The notes under the pieces were generated by a model. The model was not told where the DNA came from and did no database searches. It was given only the letters and a program-made list of their open reading frames with translations. Below are positions 1 to 13,680 of a stretch of DNA of 64,000 nt, piece after piece (position 1 is the stretch's first letter; the number at the start of each line of letters is the position of its first letter). Source of the stretch: Azolla caroliniana. Lineage: Eukaryota > Plantae > Polypodiophyta. The DNA lies in NCBI GenBank assembly GCA_043228905.1, contig JBHGNT010000022.1, positions 5,704,001-5,768,000 of the forward strand, written 5' to 3'. Made by a program: the position numbers and the translations under genes.

Positions 1-101
1 ATGTATTACATGTGGTGCATGATAACCATGTCACTCATTTTAGCGCTCATCTATGTGAATTTACATGTAAAAGTACAATGATAGAAATATAAATTCAACT
101 A

Positions 102-172
102 AATGTCATGGCTTAGTGGTAAGCCTACTGACTCTCAACTAAGAGGTGCAAGGTTCGAATCCTTACATGCCC
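102..172 (+). ncRNA. tRNA-like sequence (tRNA pseudogene or tRNA-derived SINE head)
   Basis: Pol III A-box TGGCTTAGTGG (109-119) and B-box GGTTCGAATCC (152-162) at tRNA spacing; T-arm AAGG-TTCGAAT-CCTT pairs, but acceptor and anticodon stems pair poorly; AT-rich tail follows. Confidence 0.55.
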
Positions 173-590
173 TCCTTACATATACATATGTGATATATAT
201 ATATTTATTAATTAATTTCATCGCCGAATGCCGGATGCCGATTCCCAACTCGCCGGTGTCGTGTGAATCTTCACACACTATGTAAAAAATAATGAAATAA
301 TTATTATAGATTAGATTAGTATTACTATAGAAAGATGGATATACTCAAGTGCTTCAAAACGTTTTTACTATATACAAAATGGAGAAATACATATCAAGTT
401 ATGTGAAAAAAAAGTTTGAGAAGATAGGGAAATTAGAACTATCCCACATAGATAGGAAAGTTAAGGCCCTGGCTATATAAGCACCTTGAGCTCCCTCATT
501 TTTCATGTGTGCTAAGAGTACTTTGGCCACTTTGTCTTGATAGATGATGGTGGCCAAATTCCCTAAAACCGGAAACCGACCGGTAAACAA

Positions 591-1172
591 ATAGGAGAAT
601 GGCCGTGTCTATTGCCATTTGCAGTATGGGCTGACAGGACTACTCATAGCACGGTGACGGGATACATGCCGGCAGAGATCATATTCGAACAAAAGCCAAT
701 AATGCCTGTAGAACAAAGTATTATTTCATGGTTTGCATTGCCATGGCAAGATGAGATAAGTAGAGAAGATCTTCTAGCATTGAGGATTCAACAATTAGAG
801 CGAAATTTGGAAGATATAGAGGAGGCTAAAGCGCGGCTAAAGAATGCAAGGCTAAAGAACAAGAAAGACTTCGATAAACGACATCGACTTCGGCCAAGGA
901 AAATCGTTGAAGGAGATTGGGTGTTAGTCTATGACAGTAGCCTAGATAACCAACATAGTACGGCTCGAAAATTCTCACAACGATGGTTTGGGCCATATGT
1001 GGTGAAGAAAGTGGAAGATAATGCAACATATCATTTAGTAGAACTGGATGGTACACCACTTGCCTTGCCAATTGCCGGTAAAAGAATCAAGATCTTCAAG
1101 AGAAGAGATAGAATAGAAATTGGATTCGAAGCTTTTGACGATTCAATCTTAAGCATCGATGAAAAAGTATAG
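591..1172 (+). pseudogene. Gypsy integrase C-terminal fragment
   Basis: LPFAVWADRTTHS...WFGPYVVKKV (GPY/F motif); homologous to the integrase at 42077-43058. Confidence 0.85.
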
Positions 1173-1239
1173 TAAACAAAAGTGGAGCCTCATCAAAATT
1201 GGCACATACCGATGGATGTGCAGGTTTGGTGGGGGCGAA

Positions 1240-2591
1240 TGTCGTGTGAATCTTCACACACTATGTAAAAAAATAATGAAATAATTATTATAGATTAGAT
1301 TAGTATTACTATAGAAAGATGGATATACTCAAGAGCTTCAAAACGTTTTTACTATATACAAAATGGAGAAATACATATCAAGTTATGTGAAAATAAAGTT
1401 TGAGAAGATAGGGAAATTAGAACTATCCCACATAGATAGGAAAGTTAAGGCCCTTGCTATATAAGCACCTTGAGCTCCCTCATTTTTCATTTGTGCTAAG
1501 AGTACTTTGGCCACTTTGTCTTGATGGATGATGGTGGCCAAATTCCCTAAAACCGGAAACCGGTCGGTAAATAAATCCGGAAATCGGCCGGTAAGCAAAT
1601 CCGGAAAATGGGTCCGGTAAGCAAATCCGGAAACAGCCTGGTATGCAAACCGGAAACAGGCCGGTAAGCAAAACCGGAACCGGAACCGGCAAGCAAACCG
1701 GAACCGGAAACTGGCCGGTATGCAAACCGGAAACCGGCCGGTAAGCAAAACTGGAACCGGAACCGGTAAGCAAAACCGGAACCGACAAGCAAACCGGAAC
1801 TGGAAACAACCGGCAAGCAAAATTGGAACCGGAACCGGCCGGCAAGCAAAATGGAACCGGCTACCAGACGAGGTTGGACGCGGATGGACGAAATATTGGA
1901 TCATGCAACAAACTAAAGTAAAGTGAAGAGAACTAAAGTAAAGGCCATGTGGACGCAAGCAACTAAAGTTGGAGTGCATGCAAAAAGTAAAGGTCATGTG
2001 GACGGTCACATGCAACTAAAAGAAAAAGCCATGCAACTAAAAATAGATGCAACTAAAAGAAAAAGCTAGGCAACTAAAAGTAGAGGCCATGCAACAAAAA
2101 GTGGAAAGGTTATGATCAAGGGAGAACTCTATATATATTCCATTTTTCTTCTTACACTGAGGCTCTCTCCATATTATATTGCTTTTCTTTTCCTTCGGAG
2201 CTCCCCTATCTTATCGAAGCCATATCTCTCAAGTAAACCCTAATTTCCTTACGGAAGCCATATCTTACTCATAACCCTAAATTTCCATACGGAAGCTATT
2301 CAACTCATAAAACCATAATCTCTTATCAAAACCACAAACCCTAATTTTCTATAGAATTCATATCTTAATTTCCTCTAATCTATTACTCTAGCCATCTCCA
2401 TTAGCAAAAAATTTTGTAATCCCAATCTTGGGATTAATTGTAATCTTTCTTTCTACTTGTTAATGAAATTTGTTAATCTTTCTCATTTCGGTTAATTCTT
2501 AGTACATAAATACACGAATTTGATATCCTCTAGTCAAAGGCCCCGGGGTCTTGCCTCAACATTTACGTATCCTTGTCGTATTTCCGCGACA
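1240..2591 (+). repeat. 3' LTR (~1.35 kb) with internal tandem arrays
   Basis: AACCGG-rich array ~1550-1860, CATGCAACTAAAA repeats ~1900-2100, TATA-like CTATATATA ~2129, AAACCCTAA motifs ~2235-2345. Confidence 0.8.
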
Positions 2592-3580
2592 CCGGCAAGC
2601 TCGATAGGAGGGCAAGAGCTTTGACTTCTTCTTCAAAGTTGATCTCTTGTGAGGACAATTCTCACAACATCCGGTTGATGGTGTTATTGTGGGAGGTAGC
2701 TGGATCGATCTCTCTCATCGTCATGTTGAACAATTGTCTCTCTCACACTAGGATACATATTGGATGAGTTCACACTAGGATACAAATTGGAAGTAGTCGG
2801 CCTTTTATGCCAACACCTATGCCTGTGGTCTCCAGGATTAACGTCCTCCGTTCTTGATGCCCTTGCGCGATTATCTTGCCTTCTTCTTCGATGAAGCACC
2901 CGAGGTGAGTAAATCGAACTTGTATGCCTTGATCAACAATTTACCCGACTGACACCAAATTCTTGGTGGTTGTGGGATCACGCAAGATATTCTTGATGTT
3001 TCCCTTCTGGTCGACATGGCTCAGAGGGACATCTCCTATGTGTTCAATGGGGTGAGGGGGGTCATCGCCAGTTTCGACGACCCCCATCTGCTCAGCCTTT
3101 TCCAGAGGTGTGAATTACTCCTTGTGATTCGTCATATGGTTTGATGCGCCTGAATCCACATACCACACCTCGTTCAACCTTGAGGTGTTCACAACCATTG
3201 AGTTGGCTTTGTGCTTCATCATGAAGGTTGGGCCCATTTCGGCTTCCCTTAGCCTTCGGCGTAGTGTCTACATCTCATCAGCGTGATTAGGCTTTCTCTG
3301 AATTGGCTCTCTTTTCTAGCACTCGCTCTCTCTGTGGCCCTTCCGGCCACAGTACCAACAGTCCGATGCGGTCTTTCCTTGTTAACTTCTAGTGCCGCCT
3401 TTACTCCCCCTACTCATTGAGGGCCTGGAATTGTTTTTGGCATTCTGATTATTCCTCGAATGCTAGTCTGTTGTCGGTGCTTGCGTTCAACCATCCAGTT
3501 GTACAACAATATCGATCTTGTGGGCGTCGTATTCTTCCATGAGCCATGTAATCTCCTCCTGGTGGTTTGCAACCAGCTCG
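2592..3580 (-). mobile_element. Degenerate Copia family A fragment (zinc knuckle, protease, GAG-pre-integrase)
   Basis: Minus strand reads CWYCGRKGHRESEC, EVWYVDSGASNHMT and NLVSVG..VDQG..VRFTHLGCFIEEEG, matching 15890-16420. It appears to continue at ~222-256 on the far side of the Gypsy insertion. Confidence 0.8.
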
Positions 3581-6500
3581 TACAAATTGCGTGCAAGATC
3601 CTCCTAGACGGTATTAATGGATGTGTCATCTATTTTGAAGAAAGTTATGCCTTGCTTCTTCCGGTTTTCTCTGTTGGCGAGGAGCAGTTGTAATTCAACT
3701 ACTTGTTCCGACCATGTCTGCCAGCCTTTGTGTGACCATCTTCTATGTTCGGCGCTTGTGTGACCTCAAGATGAGGCGTACTTCTTCCTCGCCCATGCTG
3801 ACCTGGTACTACATTGTGGCTAATGCCTTTCGCATTTTGGCCAGGTAAGCTTTTGCTGACCCTTTGTCGAACATTAGCTTCGTATCTGCCACCAATAATG
3901 CCAATCTTTTCTCCTCATACCGAGCCTTGAGCTCGTTGCATTTTTTAACTAGGTTTCTTTTCCAGGTTGGGCTGTTCCTTTTGTTGTTCGTACGCCATAT
4001 GCATCTCTATCTTTTCAAGCACGAAGTTCGACATCTGGTCAGCAGAATGGTCATCTAGGATCTGAACAGAATGCTCAAGCTCTTGGACCATCTCCTGCTC
4101 CTCCTATGTCTCCTTCCTTTGACGTTCTACCTGTTGCTTCAATTGTTGTATGGTGTTGTCTTTGGCATCAAGCATTGCCCCATCTTGGTCTTAACGAACT
4201 CAACTTTAGCCTCAACTTTAGCCTCAACTTCTTCTACACATTTATTAGCCTGTTCGACCTCTTTGGCTGAAGCCCGTAGTTGATCACAATTCTGCATATG
4301 GTCGGTGGCGTCCTTCATTTTTTCTTCTATCTGTTAGAGTCCATCAGATAGTTCATCCTTGTCGTTTTGCAATGTAGAACATTGTGATCCACCGAGTCGG
4401 CTACCATTGATGCTCTTTTACATGCCTCTGCCATGTCCTTTGTAGCTTTGTTTGTTCAAGCATACTCCATGTGTACTTCGACAAATGTCGTATGAAGAGT
4501 CAGCATTTGAATTGCCTATCCCTTTTGCAATGTAGAACATTGTGATGCAGTGGGTCCGTTGCCATTGATGCTCTTTTACATGCCTCTGCCATGTCCTTTG
4601 TAGCTTTGTTTGTTCGGGAATACTCCCTATAAACTTCGACCAATGCCATATGAAGAGTCGCTATTTGAATCGTATGTCCCCTATTTTTCGCCTCGCTCTG
4701 TCAACCGATTCATTGTAGTTCCTAAGCATGGCCTTTTGAATCATTTCTCAATCCTTATGCTCCTGAGCTAGTATGTCGAACGCATGCTACAATCTCTTGG
4801 TGAGCCAATCCACGAGTTCATAGGATGTTCCAAATTGTGGTCTTTCGGGTAGGCCAAGTACTTCATTTAGTGACATAGTCGATGATTTCCCCCTTTCAAT
4901 AGATTGCGATTAAGCCTGTTCGACTCTCCCAGTAGTCGGCGTTTCATCTTGTAGTGGTCGATCAACCGACTCTTGGTTCTTGACCCTCTCTCTCTTGGAA
5001 GGTTGATTCTCTCATTCTAATTGGGTGTGTCGCTAACTCCTTTGTTTGATTCTTGTCTTCTTTGGTGGAGGTTGACTCTTTTTTGGTGGTTGTTAAGGTT
5101 GGGCTACCGATGTCGGCCCTTATGGATGAGTTGGCTCCGACACCTGCTATTTTTTGACTTCAGGTTGAGGGTTTGTTGTTGGGGTTAGCTCCGGTATTTG
5201 TTGGGTTTCGGATGGTGTGTGCTGATTTGGTTCCAGTTCCTGTCACTCTTCGCGTGGAACTGTTCTCCAGACCGTTGGCGTCGACGCCAATCGTGACGGC
5301 TACCCCTTCTCCTTCCTTGGAATCTTCCGCTGGACATTTTTGCTAGGTGTTAGGCATAATACTGTAAGCCACCGAGCAAAAATCGGCTTCATTGGCTTCC
5401 CATTTTGCACCCCTTGCAACTGCTCCCTAAGTGCAATTCCAGACATTGAACCCATCTGTCCATCAGAATCTTAGCTTTCCCGGCATTGAACCTATCTCTG
5501 TGTGAAAAACCAATAATACCTTACTGACTTCGAACAACTTTTCTTTATTGTGTCTGTGTCAATCGACAAATGCCTTAGTTCGCCTTTGTTTCTGCTCTAA
5601 CTAACACATGGCTTGCAACCGACTCTCCTCTAGCAACAACAGTTGCTCCTTCCGAATTCTTTCTGACTGCTCCTCATCGAATCATTCGGTTACTTGGACG
5701 CGCAATGTCGGAATTTGAAACTCGATCGGCATTACTGCCTCTAATCCAAACACCATTCGGAACGGGGTCGACTTAATCATTGTCTTATAGTGTTGTAAGC
5801 CCATAGAGCACTATGGAGTTTTTTATTCCTGTCGGTTTGATTCTCATTGTTTATCTTCCTTAGAATCATCTGTAGTGTCTTATTGGTTGATGTGGGAAAC
5901 CCATTAGCTTGTGGATAGTACAGAGTACTCCTTTTATGCACAACTGCATAATAAGTTGACAATTCATGAACAATTGTGTTAACAAAATGAGTACCCTGAT
6001 TGCTTACTAACTTGATTAGGCAACCAAATCGGCACCATCTGTATTTGTAAAGGAATTTCATTGTCGACGTTGTTGTATTATCCCGAAGCTTTGGCTTCTA
6101 CCCATTTCATGCAATAGTCGATAGCGACTATGATATACCTATTGCTTGTTCATGTTGCCACAAGTTTGAATGGTCTGACAAAGTCAAGACCCCATTTCTG
6201 GAACGGCTCTAAAGGCAGTACCGGTTGGTGTGGCATGTGCTCCCGTTCAGTTGGTTGACCGGTTCTTTGGCACTGATTGCATTGTCGATAGTATTCGACC
6301 GCATCCTTCGTAGTAGTCGCCCACCATAGCCCGTTATTGCATAATGGACTCCAGTTATCCCGTAATGAGCTTCGTGCAAGATTGGTTCCTTTCCGAACTG
6401 TCAAATGACACATCACCATATGCCATCAGATCCTTTCTGATACAATATGTCGTTTAATAAGAAGAAATTCCGACTCCGAACTGGTAGTCATTTTCATTAA

Positions 6501-9500
6501 TCTACCGGTACTAAGAAATATCGACATTTCTGTGATCCACAAATCAGATTTTTCTTCATCCACTACAGTTGAAACCACTATGGTGACTTTGATGAGTTGA
6601 GTGTGGGGACAATCATCCTTCATTCCTGTACCCAACTCTCTTGACTCTAGATGACTTAGATAGTCGGCTACTGCATGCTAGACTCCTGGTCGATGGATAA
6701 TGTCAAACTCAAACTCTTGTAGCAGTAGTGTCCATCTTGGCAATTTACCTCTCAATTCCTATTTTGAAACTAAGTACAATTCTTGTCAATTCCTGTTGAA
6801 TGGTGAAATGTGAATTTTCGACCCAACAGGTAGTGTCAGAATTTGTTGATGCTATAAATCATTCCGAGGGCCTCGTGTTCCATTGCCGAATAATTTCCTT
6901 CGGTAGTTGATAATTTCCAACTCGCATAATATATTGGCCTGTACTAGTTCAGCTCCGACAATTGCATCAAAGAACTTCCGATTGGGACATCAGAGGCGTC
7001 CACAAAGACATGAAATCCTTATCCCAATCAGGTGGTTGACAACATCTTCTTGAGACAGTCCTATGCATCTAGTTTGGCGGTTGTCCATTGAAATGACACT
7101 TTGTGTACCGTTGTATGCAAAGGTGTGGCCACATCGGCTAGATACCGAATCATCTGACTGTGCCATCTTATTTAACCCAAAAATCTACTCAAGGCTTTGG
7201 CATTTGTCAGTGGTGAAGCCTCCATTATAGCCTTTACTTTGTCTAGGTTGACTGCAATGCATTCGCAACTAACGAAATGTCCGAACAGCATACCACTCGT
7301 TACACCAAATGCACATTTAGCTGGATTCAAACTAAGTTGACCTTGGCGACACCGGTCAAAGCATAGTCGGAGATGTTCAAAATGGTCAGCTTTCCTACTG
7401 CAAGTATTATTCTTCTTTTGCATCATCCAATTCCTCCATCATGTTAATTGTCCCTACATGAACTGGCAAACATTGTTGAGATATTGTGACCTTCTCTTGC
7501 GTCAAAACCCAAATCTTGTTCTTGCCTTTTCGGAATGTCAACATATTTTTCTACCAATTCTGCTTAATATTAGCAGTTTTGAGCCAAGTTCTACCCAATA
7601 ATAAAGGATATGCACTTGGTGCATCTAAATGAAGAACCACTACTAAGATATGAAATGTGTGACCCCCGAATCCCGATGACAATGTCCAACTGTCGAATCA
7701 ATCCGAGTGGTCGGACAATACTCATGTCGGCCATTCATAACCAAAAAGGGCAAGCCTCCCATGTCATAATACCGAGTCGATCACATGTAAGCTTATTAAT
7801 AATAGTGACACTAGCACTACCATCTACAATGCTCCCTAAGACTTCCTAGCGGTGAATTATTACCCTGACTGTTGGACTCTGCTCGTCCATTATCGTCGGT
7901 CCTGTGATTGGATTATTGTAATTTACCGACACTTTTTCTACCCCATTCTGCGCTATAATTGTGACGATCTTTTTGGTAAATCTAGACACTAATTTCAATA
8001 ATCCAGCTAGGGGTAATGACACTTGACAATCTACCAAGACCTTCCATGCTTCTTCGTCTTCAGGTATTGTAGTTGGTGCCCACTGGTCGACTCTCCGACT
8101 TGTCGGTCGATAGACCACTTTCTTGCAACATTCGGGCCACGTTGTTGTTGTTGGCCTCTTCGACCCACTCCTTGGTTGCTTTTCTTACTACCTCTTGTAC
8201 TTCCCACTCCTATTGTTTAGCCTTATTGCGACTGGTTACATGTTGTACTTCGAGCACAACCATATTCACCGTCGGTGCTTTTCCTTTATTCTTTGTCGGG
8301 CATTGATTTGCATAGTGACCATCTTTCCTGCAAATATAGCAAGTCCGTACAGATGAGCCACTGGCTTCGCCCTTTTCATACTGAGTTCAAGCATCTTGGT
8401 ATTCTAAGTCATCTCTGGCTCTTGATTCATGCTAAAACTGTCGAAATCCTTTCAACTTTTTGTTATGGAATCGACGATTTGATGGTTGATTATCGTCATT
8501 CCTCCTATGATCATGAGATCTTCTGTCCTCCGGGTACCGACCACCCCAGTAAGGTTGCGATTATTGCTATCCCGCTGGAGTGAATAGTCCCGATCATAAG
8601 TATTTTGACGATTGCGTTGATAATAATCTTGTTGATCATCTTCTCGTCGATAGTCACTATACCGGTCATCGCGCCAATAATCATCTTGTCAATTATAGTA
8701 GTCCATCCAATTATCTTCCCGGTGATTATCATCCCTCCGATTATGATCTGATCAATAATGATCCTCATATCATGGATGATCATCCTCTTGAGGTCGGTGC
8801 CCCGACCTATTCCGGTCCTCTTAAAAGTTGTTTCCGGGGTGAATCTGACAGACTGGTGGCACGGTTTTATTGAGTAAATTGTACTCACATTGATTGAAAA
8901 AATGTCCTTGGAATCGCCGATCATACAATGAGTACACAAACTTCATTCCATCATAGAATGCCCCATATTGAGACACAGTGCATTGCACGGCTTGTCGGAA
9001 TCTTAACTCTTCCATTGTAGGTAAAGACTTATGTAATGCCGCTATATTCGTAGTGTTATTGCTCTAGGTTCTATCTATTGCTAGTGCTATATCAATCAAT
9101 TGCTCTAGTGATTGATTCTTGAAATCTAACGAAGCTAAAATTGTTTGGAGTGGCTCGTGTAATGCCTCCAAGAATATGTATTTTAGCTCTTCCTCTTAAA
9201 TTGGTTGTGCAATTGGGAGACGAAGATTCTAAAATCGAATGCCAAACTGCGCCACTATTTCATGGGGCTCCTGATATGCCACATAAAACTGACTAATTAG
9301 ATCCTTCTATGGATTCTACCGATGAAATAATCGAATGGATTTGGTACTTAACTGTTGAATCGTAAGACTCAAACACCCTCTGCCCATTCTGGTTATACAA
9401 ATTCGTTGACGGTCCGTCGAGCAATAATTCAAACTCGACAATTTTATAATTTTCTTCCTTTGCAACATGATTTACCTTCCATGTTGTAAGAAAATTGCGC

Positions 9501-10385
9501 ACATGCGCTTCCGCATCGGCTCTATCCCGATACTTTGAGTAAGTCTACGACATTGTATCCTCGTACCAAGTGTCAAAAGAATATCCTTGATCAGACTGCT
9601 CCTCGTCCAAATTGCTATCAATTAGATCAGCAATGTCACTCCACTCCCCTTCAGCTTCTTATTGAATCTGGTTAATAATTTCCAAACCTTCTTCAATCCC
9701 ACCCTCTGCATGCCGTGCCTCTGATCACGTGTGTGGTCTTTTGCAGCCTACAGGTGTAACCGGACTAGACGACATCCATTCCCCTTGATCACTGCCTATA
9801 GCAGATGTAACCAGGCGTGCCAAAATATTGTATTGATTGCCGACAATCAACTATTGTATCCGACAGACACAATGGGTTGAACGTTCAACCCCAAATGTTC
9901 AATCAAGATGATTGTCGTAGGAAATTGGATTACTCATACTAGTCTATACTTGGGAATTGATATATGGAGAATACTACTCTGATTGATAAGTACTGATGAT
10001 AAACTATTCAGCTTCATATGGTTAATTAGAAGGTACGGTAACCAAAATACTTAAGCACACAATAAGATATAATTGACACACAAATAACTAACTACTAACT
10101 TATATTAAACCCAAAATAGAACGATAAAATTACAATGCTCTTGGTGCCTTTTTCTAGGTGATCTGAGAGTCTCTCTTCTAAGATTTACAGTTGCTTTGTT
10201 CGGCAAGAACTATAACAAAATTGTTTTAACTAATTCTATTTTTTTCTACTTGGCAAAAATCATATTATATTTCCTTCTGACTCTGACTCTTTCACATTTG
10301 TTCAACTCCGAACATTGTTGAGTCCAACTCTAACTCATTTCTACACTTGTCCGACTCCGACCTTCCGATCTTGGGTAGCCGACCG
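3581..10385 (-). mobile_element. Old non-chromovirus Ty3/Gypsy element Z (degenerate)
   Basis: Probable 5' LTR ~9826-10385; PBS TGGCACGCC (9814-9822); gag ~9500-8250 with CYICRKDGHYANQC; protease IVDGSASV ~7820; RT C-terminus 7172-7426; RNase H FVDASD ~7000; integrase PFQKWGLDFV and YPQANG 5777-6419; many stops. Outer limits approximate. Confidence 0.75.
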
Positions 10386-10409
10386 ACTAACAAAGGCCTA
10401 CGATCCTAG

Positions 10410-11891
10410 CCTAGTACATAGGCATATTTTTGGGAGTTAGTGCCTGTCATTCAGTATGAGCATTGAAGTACTTGTCAATACATCTATCAATCCTTTTAAG
10501 GACTTGTATAAAAGTTCTCTCTGAGCACATTAGTATGTACAAAGTATTTGTTTGAAATTAGAGTTTTTGTGTGTTCTGCTCTCGTTTTCTCTCCCGTGTT
10601 CTCTCTGTATTCTTTCAAGCTTTCCATTAAGCCTTCGTTCTATTTCTATTGCTATTTGGCTGAGGCGGTTGTTTCTACGAGCTTCTACACGTAACTCTTG
10701 ACATGGTTTTAGATCGTGAGGGTTGAGAATCCTCTACTTCTGACAAACACTTAACTTAGTCAAACCCTAACACCCGATAAAAACAAACAAGAAGAAAAAT
10801 GACATGGACAAAAGCATGGCAAGCTCGCTTCCTACAAAAAAGCTCGACTGGAGCAACTATGCATCTTGGTCGTACAAGATGCACCAGTACCTGTTGGGGC
10901 ATGGCTATTAGAGTTACGCGGAACCGGCACACAAGGACTTCCTAGTGTGGAAACAAGCAGCGAGCAGTGTTGTACTGCCTCGCGTCCTGTGTGCATGACT
11001 AGATGTTGGGCTACATCAAAGATGTGAAAACGCCGAAGATGGCCTAGGAAAATCTGAAAAAGATTTTCGTCGTGAGTACCACGACCCTAAAGTTGCAATT
11101 CCAGAAAGAGCTCAACAATATCTGGTAGAAGGATATGTCAATCACTCACTACACCAAAATAAAGGAGATCTAGAATGCCCCGGGATCCATCAATATGATG
11201 GTGGATGAAGACAAGATGATACAGATCTGCCTTGGTGGTCTAGCGTAGAGGTACGGGCCAATCCGGACGGCAATATGCACACGGAAGAAGCCACCGTTCT
11301 TCTTCGTCTTGCAATCGATGCTAATGGTTGACGAAAACCACACGAGTGGGTCGAGGACCACGCAATCAGATAGCCGGATTCTATAGACGGAGGTGGATCA
11401 ACATGCAATGGTGGCAGCCGACAAGAGCAAGAAAGAATTCATTGAGGTTGTGTTGACATCTGTTCTGGACCGTGCACAAGCAGGGGCAGTGGAGGCAACG
11501 CTGGAAACTGGTATTGTAGCCGAAAAGGTCACCAAGAGAGCGAGTGGTGGAAGAAGCGTGCCGATTTGAACAAATCCAGATCCTGCAAAGCCAAACATGG
11601 AAATCGACAGAGCTGGCACTATGCCGAAGAATTAGAAGGATTCGGAACCGGAAAAATCGGAAAGGGGCCAGCCTTTGTGATGAAACACAAGGCAAACTCG
11701 ATGGAGAACACCGCCTCACAATCAGACGAGGCGTGGTACGTTGACTCCGGAGCATCAAATCATATGGAGAGCCATGAAGGATGGTTCTCATATCTAGAGA
11801 AACAGAAGCAACTAAGAGTGGCGAAACCGGAGATGACACTTCGCACCCAGTCTAACATGTCGGTGAAGTCCCTCTTAGTCATGTCGAACAG
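10410..11891 (+). mobile_element. Degenerate Copia family A element A1 (LTR remnant, gag, protease), interrupted at 11892
   Basis: 10425-10702 resembles LTR 14646-15034; decayed PBS at ~10703; gag remnant KLDWSNYASWSYKMHQYLLGHGY; protease WYVDSGASNHM ~11735. Confidence 0.8.
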
Positions 11892-12548
11892 TGTCAGGAA
11901 TATGTCCCTCCTGTGGGAGGCGCCGATTGTTCAACTGAGTAAGAGCCGACAATCGATGGCAAGGAATAGCCGACTGTTCGGGATAAGATTCGATAGTAGA
12001 AGACTTGGAGAGTTGACAGTAAATGATCCAAGTCGAGGATAAGACCGAATAGTCGGGCTGACCGGATGGTTGACGACAAGCCCGACTAGTCGGGCCAATT
12101 GGGCAGTCAACACAGGAGTCGACTAGTCGGCTAATTAACAGATAGAGTTATAACAATAATAATAACAATTATATTTGTAAATATCCCATATTGTGTATAA
12201 ATATAAATATACCTATAATTGAAGAGATGTGATGTCGAATAGAGTTTCTGTACTATAGAACGGGGAGAGAAAAAGAAGAAGAATGGCACGTGAGAGAGAG
12301 AGCTCGCATGTAAACACGGTTGAAGAGATACTTCTTGTCTGAACCCTAAGGGGAATCCTCTGCTGTGCAGAGGTTGTAATCAATTTTTCCTTCTCTTTTT
12401 TACCCACGAATATAGTGAAGATCTATTCCCTCGTTAAAAGCTGTGTATATTGAGTACTATGCATATTCTTGTATATTGTTGTTGTTTGTTTTCGTCTTGT
12501 GTATTTCTAGTCGATCCATCTTGCCTACTTGCAGTTCATTTCACAACA
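11892..12548 (+). repeat. 5' LTR of Copia family B element
   Basis: Starts TGTCAGGAATATGTCCCTCC (similar start at 61316 on + and 45013 on -), ends ACAACA; PBS TGGTATTAGAG at 12552. Confidence 0.8.
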
Positions 12549-13680
12549 AATTGGTATTAGAGTGACAAAGTGAAACATGGAAGGAGGTGTGAGTGGTTTT
12601 CCAAGAATGATGGCCCTAAACTCACTCAACTACGCAGACTAGAAGATCAAAATGGAGGATCTTCTCATCATCAAAGATCTGTATGAACCCATTGACAGAG
12701 AGAAAATACCCATGGGGGTATTAGAGTTTGAATGGAAACTCAACAAGAAGGTGATGGACACCATCAGACAATGCATAGATGTCAGTGTCCTTATCATGTG
12801 GCGAATGACACAAATGCCTACAAGATGTGGCAGAAATTGTCAAGGTTGTACGAGAGGAAGAAGCCCTCAACAAAACATCTTTGATGAGAAAGATAGTAAG
12901 GTTGAAATGTTAACCGTTCTGCCGGAAACACCTTCGATATGCCTACAAGCTATCGGTATCAAGGGAAGTGTAATCGTGAAGACTTGTGCACGGAGATGTC
13001 GTTAGGGGAAGAACACGGAGAACATACCCGGGATAGAGACCGGGTCGTATACGTAGTTGAGACCTTAGAAACGACGGCACACAGATGAAAACAACAAGAG
13101 CTAATAGATATGTATTACTGCAATAGTTAGCGAGGATTACAAAACACGGCCCACAGCCGGTAGCCTTACGAAGCTCTTATAACTATGAAATGACTAACGA
13201 GAACTACACGTCGGCTATGCGCAACGCTCGGCCACAACCGAGCTTAGAATCATACACAAAAAAAACAGGAATGAATGCCCGACACAGTGAAGAGAAGAGT
13301 ACACAGGATGTTTACGTGGAAAACCCAAACTAGCAAAAACCCACGGCAGCCCACAGGCCGCTAACTATCACTATGTTACAGTGTACAATAGTAAAGCACC
13401 GAGGCAACAACCTCGAGCTTTCTATCTTCGCCACAGGCGGCGGTTACAACAGAGGCAACGACCTCTTCCTCTCTCTCTCTCTCTCTCTCTCTATACACAT
13501 TTACGCGCTCTGATCTCTTTTGCCAACAAGAATGACAACAACACTCTACATCACACCCAATAAGTTTGCCCTAAGTCATATTTATACTAATATGACTTTT
13601 CGGCTATTTACAAATATAGCCCTGATGGACTCTTAGAAACATATTTATGAATATGTCTCTTCATCCGGTGAGCACTCCTC

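Larger units (their letters stand above)
257..2591 (+). mobile_element. Internally deleted Ty3/Gypsy LTR element (4-bp-TSD group)
   Basis: TGTCG...CGACA termini with CCGG on both sides; partial 5' LTR (257-~590) matches the start of the 3' LTR (1240-2591); PPT GGTGGGGGCGAA before 1240; integrase C-terminus between. Confidence 0.85.

Noticed and set aside
1383-2015. 210-aa and overlapping ORFs
   Set aside because: They are translations of the AACCGG tandem array inside an LTR.
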